DNA of 62,973 bases, counting the filler, from Collodictyon triciliatum (taxonomy: Eukaryota), in assembly GCA_043381765.1 (NCBI GenBank). It is 9 parts of 9 records of this genome, joined end to end, with 100 filler letters (N's around TTAATTAATTAA, not from the genome) between each part and the next. Parts side by side here need not be neighbours in the genome. Positions count along the whole stretch, not along the records: positions 43,333 to 50,783 come from JBHJMP010003891.1; positions 50,884 to 58,331 come from JBHJMP010003892.1; 7 more parts are not named here. One strand, given 5' to 3'. Positions 47,512 through 58,431 of this stretch are shown in pieces; positions within the stretch are counted from its first letter, which is position 1, and every line of letters begins with the position of its first letter. Made by a program: the position numbers and the translations under genes. A model generated the notes under the pieces. It saw only the letters and a list, made by a program, of their open reading frames with translations. It was not told the DNA's origin and searched no databases.

Positions 47512-50484
47512 ATGCTTGCTGTGCTTCTGCGCAGGAGGTTAACATCTCAAAGGCGAGCGCTCTCCTCGATTCCTGTCATTGACTTGAAGAGCTTCGGTGG
47601 CCCGGACTTTAAAGCAGACTCTCGTCGCGAAGTTGCTCTGCAAGTCAAGGATGCTCTGTCTTCCATCGGCTTTATGTATTTCCACCTCGTTTTGTTTTCA
47701 GAAGTCTATTCCTGGTCGGCTCCTTTCACGAGAGAAGGCTTTTTGCTTTGTGCTTTTTCCTTTTTGCTTTTTTGCTTTTTTGCTTTTTTGCTTTTTTGCT
47801 TTTTTGCTTTTTTGCTTTTTTGCTTTTTTGCTTTTTTGCTTTTTTGCTTTTTTGCTTTTTTGCTTTTTTTGCTTTTTTGCTTTTTGCTTTTTGCTTTGTG
47901 ATTTGTGCTTTCTAAGAAGTGGTTTTCTCTGTTGCAGGTATGTAAAGGGGTCTGGGCTTGATGACGCCGCCAACGAAGAAATCCTCTCTGCTGCACATTC
48001 AATCTTTTCTCTGAGCGAGGCCGACAAGGTTACTCTCCCGCCGATATAATTGGACATTATTTTCGCTTTTTCATATGTATGCATACTTAATTTATGACAA
48101 CAAACGACAACGAAACAATAAGGGCGATGTACAAAGAAACCTAGAAAACATAAGCGATATCAACATCAAGAGCCGAAGAGAAAAGAAGAAAATTAAAAAA
48201 AGCATGATTATGATTATCGTATATTCATCCAAAACATATCAGTGGAGTCATCCTAGGGAACGCAAAATAATCTGGCAGAACACTTATGTGTTTTATAACC
48301 ATCTAATGTATCTTAAAAGTGCCTCTCTTTGTTTTTTCCTTCCAAATTCGAACGATAGAAATATGCTTCCATGGACCAGAACACGTACAAAGGGTACTAC
48401 AATTATATCGGGGTGGGAATACAATATGAGACTTTTGCAGAAGACGACGTTCTCTTGCAGGTTTTTGTCCTTCTATGGCATTAAATGGTTTAAAATCAAA
48501 TTGGTTTATAAGGTACATAATTTTACATGAAAACAATTATGCAATTTTCGTCACCTCAAAAGGGTGGCTTAGACTACCAGTGACTTAATTATTATTATTT
48601 TTTTTTTGCATGACATATTCTTTATATTTTTCTCTGTATTTTTTATCTCATGATAAACACCTCAATTAATATGAATGTTGAATTCAGGCATCCAATTTTG
48701 ATGGAAATATGATCGAAGCCTTCCAGACTGGATTGGAACCCGACTCGTCTAAAGCTCGAAATGAATACTACAACAAAAGAAATGTTTGTGTATGTATTCA
48801 TTGTTTATACACGTTGAATACGCTTATGTAGTATATCATTTCGCCGATTCATGATAAAAACGCATAATACTTTCAAAAAAATTAATTAGTCAATATTACA
48901 TTTACAACTTAATTGCTTTTTTATGTTTACTCAGACTCCAATGTCAATGAGGGACATAACTAAAAATAAATGGCCAAAATCTAATCAAAATATTCGTACG
49001 GAAATTCTCGAAGGGATGCAAAAGTACTCGTATTGTTTAATTTTCTATTGTGTATTTCTTTGCACGAATTTCAGTCATAGTTTCGGTATCAATATTATTT
49101 TGATATGAAGTTTGATTTACCAGTACTTGCTTGGCTTCAAAAAAAATCAAAAGCCTGAGTTATTCCTCCAAAAAAAACTAACAACTTCTTCTAATTTTAT
49201 TTCCATGTACTATTCTCTCGCATCTTTCCCGCTATAATATAAGAGTAAACAAAGCCGCATTCTTGATTTTAAAAGCCATTTCAGTATCTCTGGACTTAAA
49301 TGAGGACCATTTATCCCTCCTCCACGACAAATGTGGTAAGATTCAAGTCTTGTAACTTGTTTTAATCGTAAAGTATTTGACGCCATTATATCATGGAAAA
49401 ATTTTACAGCTGTAAAAAATTATACCGACAAAGATATTATTTAGATCATATTAATTCAAATGTAATTGAAATGTATTGTATTGGCAATCCGGAACGCACA
49501 ATCTCACCTATAGCATGTAATGACTAAACCCAGATTGGTCATATGAAATGAAAAAGTACTCTGGACTAAAAATGGACTATGCGGATGAAAGAAAGCTTCC
49601 TCCTTTTCAGCGTGATGTCCAACAAAGAGCATTACGGAAAATGGTGAGGAGTATGTTATAGTATATAATTCCACAATTTATTTTTTGAAGTCCATTCATT
49701 CAAAAGATAAACATAAAGGCTGGTGACCTTTCTGATGGACTTGCTTTACTTTATTACCTCATTTTTCAAACAATTGATACGAAATATGAAAAAAAAAAAA
49801 CAGAGGGAAGAGAAGTGTGCAAAAGTGCTTCGTGTGAGGTAAATAGATAACATCTATTAATCTTCTTTTCAAAATAATATTAGCAAATCATTCTTTTCCA
49901 TAAAAATCTATAAACACTGACTAACCAAACACTTTTTGGAAAGGACCCATACCGATTTGAGTTCTGTCAGCTTGCTTATTCACACCGATGTATGTCCAAA
50001 ATAAGTCATGCTTGTATTGAATCTCGCATCCCACTGTTTTCATCACAAATATTTTAAAAATATGCAGGAACAAAGTCTAGAAATTCTTCACAACGACACC
50101 TGGATACCAGCTCCAAAAATAAAAGATACGATTCTTGTTAATACCGGTAATATCTTCATCAAATGCGCCTTTTGACTGGTACATCACAAGATGCGGCTCA
50201 ACCACGCACAACACTCTGTAGGCAATATTATGGAGATGTGGACTGGATGCAAATATAAGTCTACCAAGCATCGCGTTGTGTCTGTTGTTGAGCAGAATAC
50301 AAACAGCGACTCATTCTCGTGCCAGGAAAGGTCTTCATTTGTATGCTTCGTCATGCCGAACTGGGATGTTCCTATACTACCACTCGCTGATTTCATCTAC
50401 CCAGACAAACAAGAAACAGGAGAGAGCCAGCAGAAAACTGAGGATTTTGATATGTTTGGAGATATAGTACCAATCCAGCAGTGA
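47512..50484 (+). CDS. 2-oxoglutarate/Fe(II)-dependent oxygenase (IPNS/DIOX-like); multi-exon
   Basis: IPVIDL...IGFM|YVKG (DIOX_N), NKWP, HTDLSSVSLL (HxD), VNTG|NIMEMWT...YKSTKHRV (distal His), RSSFVCF (RxS). Confidence 0.88.
47760..47897. repeat. (TTTTTGC)n repeat in an intron
   Basis: Directly visible. Confidence 0.9.
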
Positions 50485-50666
50485 TTAGATGGTCAAATTA
50501 GTATTCTTTCTTTCTTGTCAGCATGGGATACCTATCAGACGTTTTGTCAGCAAGAAAAAAATTCAAGGGCAAGTGTGTTAAAAAAATGTTTTAAGTTTCA
50601 TATATTATCGCCTTTTCTTTGATTTTTTGCCTTATTATTTGTTCTTTTTGGATTGCTTTGGGTTTA

Positions 50667-51480
50667 TGGATTTCTTGGATTTCTTGGATTTCTTGGATTT
50701 CTTGGATTTCTTGGATTTCTTGGATTTCTTGGATTTCTTGGATTTCTTGGATTTCTTGGATTTCTTGGATTTCTTGGATTTCTNNNNNNNNNNNNNNNNN
50801 NNNNNNNNNNNNNNNNNNNNNNNNNNNTTAATTAATTAANNNNNNNNNNNNNNNNNNNNNNNNNNNNNNNNNNNNNNNNNNNNTCTCTTTTCTTTTCTCT
50901 TTTCTTTTCTCTTTTCTTTTCTCTTTTCTTTTCTCTTTTCTTTTCTCTTTTCTTTTCTCTTTTCTTTTCTCTTTTCTTTTCTTTTCTTTTCTCTTTTCTT
51001 CTCTCTTTTCTTCTCTCTTTTCTTCTCTCTTTTCTTTTCTCTTTTCTTTTCTTTTTTCTTTTTTCTTCTTTCTTTTCTTTTTTATTTTCTTCTTTTGATC
51101 TTTTGTTCTTTTGTTCTTTTGTTCTTTTGTTCTTTTCTTCTTTTCTACTTTTGTTCTTTTTTCTTTTTTCTTTTTTCTTTTTTCTTTTTTCTTTCTTTCC
51201 TTTTTTCCTTTTTTCCTTTTTTTCTTTTTTCCTTTTTTCCTTTTTTCCTTTTTTCCTTTTTTTCTTTTTTTCTTTTTTTCTTTTTTTCTTTTTTTCCTTT
51301 TTTTCTTTTTTTCTTTTTTTTCTTTCTTTCTTTTTTCTTTTTCTTTTTTCTTTTTCTTTTTTCTTTTTCTTTTTTCTTTTTCTTTTTCTTTTTCTTTTTC
51401 TTTTTCTTTTTCTTTTTCTTTTCTTTTTATTTTTCTTTTTCTTTTTCTTTTTCTTTTTCTTTTTCTTTTTCTTTTTCTTT
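50667..51480. repeat. (GGATTTCTT)n and long T/C low-complexity tract at contig ends
   Basis: Directly visible. Confidence 0.9.
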
Positions 51481-51481
51481 C

Positions 51482-51630
51482 CTCCCAAAACACAAAAACT
51501 CCAACCACAAAATCCGGGAGGTTTTCCATTGTCTTTTCCACGGGTCATTTTTGTCCTAGACGTGAAGGAGGTTTCATCGATCTTTGTTTTTTTCTCTATT
51601 TACTGTTGAAAAGAAACCAAAAAAAATTAA
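51482..51630 (+). repeat. Dispersed ~150-nt repeat, copy A
   Basis: aaaactccaaccaca.aatccggg...cattgtct.ttccac...cctaga.g.gaag..ggtttc...tctttgttt...actgttgaaaagaaa is shared with 56083-56230. Confidence 0.85.
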
Positions 51631-51736
51631 ATAAATTGCCCTTGCCTAACAGAACCATAAGAGAATCTCCCCTCTATACTTGTATTATTGTCTTTGCTCT
51701 ATTATGTCAACTTTTTCCTTTATTTATTTTTTTTAG

Positions 51737-53881
51737 AAAACGCAGCACCTTCAAAGCATATATACCAGCCAGACGAATCAACTAATAACTAAGCAACTTG
51801 ATCAACTGCCAGGTTCAAACAGAAGGCTTACAAATCGGAGTAAGTGCACTACCGAATCCTGTGTTCCCCAAGTTTCTTTTGCTCGCTTCTCTGACCTTTC
51901 TAGCCGATTTGAACTGACTTGACTCCATAGCCTTGTCTATATCTCCACACACATCCTTATAGCTTACATAAAATCTCTTTCATTTACTTTTTTTAAAAAA
52001 AAAACATTTTCCAAAAAAGAATTCTTTTCTTTTTGTTGAATATACACGCTATAGCACTAAATTGAGAATCATTGAAATATTTTCTATTGCTTTTCTTTAA
52101 TCATGCATAGAAAACTATGCATGCGCTGGTTGGAGATTCTTTCATAGCGACAAATATGAGGACAGGAAACTGGCGCTGGATGGTGTCCCACTTCTCTGTC
52201 TAAACAAAAAAAAATGCGACAATAAATGGAAGGTTACAAGCATGCACATTGATTTTTATCATCAAGTCACACACCTGATATGAACATGCTCTTACTTTGT
52301 GAGCAAAAATCATGTGGCAATATACTAAAAATTTGATAAGCTTTGCCATTTATATATAATTCAAATCCATCACAAATACAGTCTCTTCATAGATACCAGC
52401 GATTCCTAATTACATATGAGAGCATCATTTGAAAATCACTGGCCCGATTGAATGAAAGACAGTCACCCTAACCCCAATTCTGGTGCAAGCAAATTTATGG
52501 CTGACTTTGGAGGCTCTCATGAATCACATTCGTGGAATTCCTCAATAATCAAATCAATACACGCAAGCTGCCTGAAAGGCAATAAGATAATATTAACATA
52601 CAAGCCCTTTTTTGTATACGTGACTGTGTGCAGTTATCCTAACAGAATATAATTTTGTGTTACATTCAACCACAAAAAATGCTAAAAATAAAAAATATAA
52701 AATTCTGATACAGTATTCTTTGAATAATTACAGGATTCCTAAAGAGCATATAGGAAGAACCTAATCGCATCACATAGATGCTATTTATCCATCTTCATGA
52801 CTTGACAGTTGGGTGGAAATGTATTATGCTCGAAATATTTACGGTCTCTGACTTACTGTATAACTTTGTCCTCATTTTTTTTTACCATATGCCTGTATTT
52901 CCATGAATAATAAATGTCTCGCGTTTTATTCGCTTTCAGAAATTTGTGTTTTGTGTTTGTAAAAATTTTATTTACATCAAGAGATCGGGCAGAGTATTAT
53001 CCTCAGTATTTTATTATCTTATACGCGGTGAATTCATTCACAGGCTAAAATTTTCGATAGTGTTATTTTGCTGATTAGAAGGAGAAGCATCTAAAACGTG
53101 ACCCCTAATTTATTTTTTCCTATTTTTCAGAGGTTCTTTTAAAAAAAAACATTCCTCTCTTAATATCTTGGAATATCATCGGTCATATACTATTCCGAAT
53201 GATTTTAAATCTATCTATATAAGATTTGCTGCTTGGTGGGACAAAAACAGAATCCCTTGTGGTACCATTCGTGACATCGTTTTGATCAAGACCGTCACTG
53301 CTAACTTCGAGATGAACGATTTTTTTAATCAGATTTGTGACCAGACAGCAGGTAATTAGTGCATCCCAGCATAGCTCTCTTCTCACATATAGATTTTCTT
53401 TACATAAAAACAATAAATAAAAAATCGACATCTATTAATGAAAGCTTCCTCCTCTCTATTTAGTGTATTTTCATATATAAGTTTTTTTAAGGGCTCAAAT
53501 GCGTTCGTTGGGGATTTAGCTCTAGCTTTTTGTAAAATTTATGCAAGCTCTCACAAAATGCCTTACTAATATAGATTATACGGGTAATTATGGTTGTGCT
53601 CTTGATCAATTACCATGCGAAACTCCTCATCAAAATGTGCCACAAGTGAGCTATCAATCCTATGATGGGTCAAAAATATGTATGCACCTAATGAAAATAT
53701 ATTTGTAATTATTACGAAAGGAATAATTCACCTATGCGATTTGAGACAGTGACGGATTGTAATCATTTCATTTATGGACTCTAATTATTGTTGTTTTTTT
53801 TTAATTCACAAGGCACGGCTGCTGAAACCCTACGTTCGTGATTATACAGAACTAAATATAAATACCCGTACAAGGAGATAG
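51737..53881 (+). pseudogene. Putative spliced gene or pseudogene of unknown function
   Basis: AG/GT-bounded, phase-compatible exons (KTQHLQ...RLTNR|KNYACAGWRFF; FAAWWDKNRIPCG...|DYTGNYGCAL...|ARLLKPYVRD...*), but the candidate exons at ~52390-52800 contain stops. Confidence 0.3.
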
Positions 53882-55643
53882 CCAGTGGTTTGCGCCAACT
53901 CACTACCTGTTAGTGACACGATTGGCTCTATGAAATACAAATAGAGTTGAAGGATTTCATCCGTGGCTATCATAATTAATGATGTTATTGTTTGCGTATA
54001 GAAAAAAAATGCACGGCACGCTGTGTCGGCCACAAATCTACTGTCCGATCATCTGCTGAGTCGTTTGAAACTCAAACTTTCATCTTGCATACAAAATTAT
54101 TTGCAAGGGTTAAGGCGCGTGTATATACGACGTTGTCTTCTGTGAAGGCCCGCCAAGGTCTCGTGTCTTTTGCAGAAAACAGCGTTTGCCGAGCACATAA
54201 AGGTACTCAATCATACTCGCATAGTATACGTCGAAATTATTCATAAATATTTTTTTGGGGATATACTCACATTTATAATGACCAGTGACTCCAGATAACG
54301 ATTGTTTCCTGTGTTATTGATAAAGATGAAGTAGAGTATGCAAACTATGTATGACTCTGCTTGATTTTCTGCAAGCTGTTCCATACACAACCACAGCCAC
54401 TGGAATTTGCAGAATCATTGAGAATAATAGCACACAGTCCCCATCAAATATTTCTGTCGTATTTTCTTGAAAGAAAATTTATTAAGGAGATCATATATTC
54501 ATCGTAAACTTCATTTAACCGAGCACTGGTGGTAAACCAGCGTGAATAGCAATCAAATCCTACGAATCCCTTTTAAATGAGGTATCATTCGTCTTTTATT
54601 TATCTGAGCTTAATTAGGGTTACTATTCTTTATATGAGGCAAAGGTCAGAATTATTGGCCGCGTACGCATTAATATGATTGAATGACACAGCCAGTCCCA
54701 TCCACCTGCTCATATAAATGTGATTCCATAATAATTTTACCCATTATGTTGTTCTTGGTGAAAGAAAAGAAATACTAGTCTTACTATTTTATATACTACT
54801 AGATAAAACACGTGACAAATACAGAAATAATTGCATTTATATGTACAAATGTCCTCATTATCAATGATTATTTTCTTTTTATATATAGCATATTTTTATG
54901 TTTATGGACATTTTTTCTTAATTGCCTCAAATATTTCTTATCTAAGTATATTATAATTCAAAGTACTAACTGAAACACAGACACACACGAAAAAATTGCT
55001 ACATTCTGCAGAAACTAGCTGAATGATATTTTTTTTAAGGATTGGATGTTACTAAATTCTTTATTCTTTTCTTTTGTTAAGTTATTTTGTCTGGTTTCCT
55101 GGTGATATCTCTGCAGGGAAAAAAACTGCGGACAGAACTCATATCACAGGCAGATATAATTGAAACTTTACTTGCAGTACTTCTGTTATTACTAAACATT
55201 TTAATAACCCAGGAGCAAGAATAAAAAAAAACACAAGGATTAAAAAAATGTTACCTTTGGTCTCTTCTTTTTTATTACTTTTCTTAATTAAAAACTAGTA
55301 ATGGGAAATTAATAGAATCTAAAGCTCTATTGTGTAAGTAAAGAAGCTTTCCTTATAGAATCTGTACCAAAAATGTACAATGTTGCTTCTATGTTTTCCC
55401 CCCAATCATCTACCATCCCCATTTTATCTCAAAAGATAACAAATAAAATTGAAACTAGATTTATTTAATTTTCTCTCACCAATACTCTTTTCAATTAGGG
55501 AATAGGCTTTTGCTTTTTGCATACAGCACTTCTATCATATGTTTATGGTAAAAAATACGTTCATTGAACTATAGAAGGCACAAACTTGCTGGCACGCTCG
55601 ATCCAAAAAAAAAATGACAATCGACGAGCACTGTAACTACTTC

Positions 55644-55731
<88 letters not shown>

Positions 55732-55740
55732 AAACAACAA
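55644..55740. repeat. (CAA)n microsatellite
   Basis: Directly visible. Confidence 0.95.
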
Positions 55741-56082
55741 CGTGTAAGCAACAATAACAACAATAACAACAACGTGTAAGCAAACAATACATTCAGGATG
55801 CAAAGCGAGAAAAATTTAAAAAACTTTGACATATTATCGATTCATATATTAAATTGCGGCTTCTGTCTGAGGCGGAGGCGGTTTCCTCGTCTTTGTTTTC
55901 TCTCAATAAACTGTTAAAAATAAAACAAAAAATACGGCTTCTGTGTGATGATTCAGAGCACAAAAAAAATACAGAAAGAATAAAAATATCTAAGAGAATA
56001 ACAAAAAAAACACATCGGATAGAATAGCCTGTGTATGAGAACACTTAATATCTTTTCTATCTTTTTTCATTTCTTTTCTTCT

Positions 56083-56230
56083 TCCGCCCAAAACAAAAAA
56101 AAAACTCCAACCACACAATCCGGGGTTTTTCATTGTCTCTTCCACAGCTCATTTTTTTTCCTAGAGGCGAAGTTGGTTTCCTTGTCTTTGTTTCCTCTCA
56201 ATAAACTGTTGAAAAGAAAACAAAAAAAAT
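56083..56230 (+). repeat. Dispersed ~150-nt repeat, copy B (partial third copy at 55862-55932)
   Basis: Alignable by eye to 51482-51630. Confidence 0.85.
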
Positions 56231-58431
56231 CACCCAGTAAACGACCCAACAAACAAACACGCTCGATTGTTGCCCTATACTTTTTCTTCTTTTTTTCGTT
56301 CTGTTGATTTTAAAATCACAGAACCACCTACTTCCCAATCTTCCTCGTCCGTGGAGCAAAGCAATTGATGAATTTGTGGGATATCTTTAATGTGAGAGTA
56401 TGTGCACATTTTTATGTGCTTGAAAGAATGTTTTAATCAACAAGATTATACTATATAAAGCCCAACCTGTGCAGCTTAGTTATAGAATTTTCCATGTTTA
56501 TTAAACTCATTTTGTTTGTATAGCCTTAATGAAAAAAATTGGATATATATTATTTTATCTTGATTTTAGGATGTCAAAGAAGGTACAGGTTTGTATGAGT
56601 GAGCTTGGAATAATTTTATCTCTAATATACAAATATATACAAAACATCATAAGCAATTAGTTTTAGAGGCGCGTAGACATATTTGAAGTGTGTATTAATG
56701 AATAGAAGTATAAAAAAAGGAATAATTTCGATATTAGTTTTGGAAAATATCAGGGTCGTATAAATGCATCTTTCAGCCGCAGCGAGCGCATGTGCTTGTA
56801 TTGGGATGAGGTTTTTGTGTGTCAGAATTGTAGATGGGACTGCAATTTAGATTATTACATATGACACTTCCAGGTATTGGTAGAGGCTATGTAGTTTGTG
56901 GCCTCTTTGAAAAGAACAAAGGGAAGATGAAGTTTGTGGCATATATGGGTAGATTTCATACAGTATTTTTTTGAATGCAGGATATGGCGTAAATAGGCAC
57001 AGTATCACGAAGCAATTTTCTTGATGTGTTTTATGAGTTTACGGCTGTCGATTTTACCAAGAAGACGGGATTTGGAATGTCAATGTGAGTTGCTTGAGAA
57101 TTAATTATTATGATAATCAACCTATTGTAATTAATTGCGAGCTACATAATACATCAATAACAGTAAAGTGAAGAAATGTAGACATGTGTGCATTTTTGTG
57201 TTTGTAAGCCTGTTTTCTGAGACTTTGTAGTTTTCAGAACATCAAAACATAGCGCAATCTCATTCTTAGAGAATAAATAACAGAAAAATATAGAGTCGAG
57301 CGTGATTCTTACCCGAAAGTCGATATATTTCGATGCTATGAGAATAGAATATTTGCTCTGCTTTTAAGGTTACTACTACAAGAGTTCCTATGTGGTCACA
57401 AAAAATCAAAGGACATCACCAGGAAACTACAATTCCCCCAAAAAACATAGAGCCCAGCAAATAGTAAGATAAATGAATAACCAGGCATGTCAGTTTATCT
57501 TTTGAGACCAAAAACCAAAGACTGAAGTACTAGACTATTTTTTCTTTGCCCGTGCTTGCAGGAAAACACGAGCCGAGACGGGGAGATCGGCACAAGCCGC
57601 GAACCGTAGAAGGCCTTGCAAGTTGCAGCCAGTTTTTCTGGTTCCAACACCGGTGCGGAAAAAAAAACCCCCGAGTTGCATGTAAGTCCAGAAAGCTCCC
57701 GTGCAAGGAAGCCACCTGCAAGTTTGTCTGATCGGACAGTATTTTTGCTTGGGGTCGAGCAAGTCGTTTATAACAAGAGCAAGGCCCGCAGGCTCACAGA
57801 TGCACTCGACTCCTTCTTGAAAGCGAACAAACCTTGTGAAGAGTCCCATCCGACTGCGCTTACCGGACAGCGAAGGCCTTTATCTGATCGCCTTCCGCAC
57901 TGCGGAGAACGCCCCGAAAGCTTCTGGAGCTGAAGCAGGTAACTTTGATCGATATTATGAACAGCTTCAGCAGAAGTAGACCAACAGAGACCTCGGTGGT
58001 TCCCTACCAACTGCTGGACATGTGACGGCAACTCCTTAGTGACGAGCTGAAGCCGTTCAGACTGACCTACATGGAGATCAAAAAAAAAAACAAAGGCTTC
58101 ATCACAGAGACACGGCCGTGATGAAGCTTCTTTGTCATAAGAACCAGCTCTCTGCATATTGCGCGGTCACGGATAAAAAGTGTCCAAAGCGCATCCTCAA
58201 AGAGCGTCCGCCAGCCGCAAATAACGAATGACAAGTAAAGCTCCACAAAAGAATACACCCGCCAAGCAGACAAGCAGCAACGTGGTCAAGTAAACCAAGG
58301 CCAGGCAACATCAGATTCCGCAGCCATCACANNNNNNNNNNNNNNNNNNNNNNNNNNNNNNNNNNNNNNNNNNNNTTAATTAATTAANNNNNNNNNNNNN
58401 NNNNNNNNNNNNNNNNNNNNNNNNNNNNNNN

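Noticed and set aside
50828-51785. Poly-K/R/F ORFs here, and similar poly-L/C/Y/N ORFs at 7159, 12872, 28175, 29113, 35430 and 47597
   Set aside because: Translations of microsatellites and low-complexity DNA
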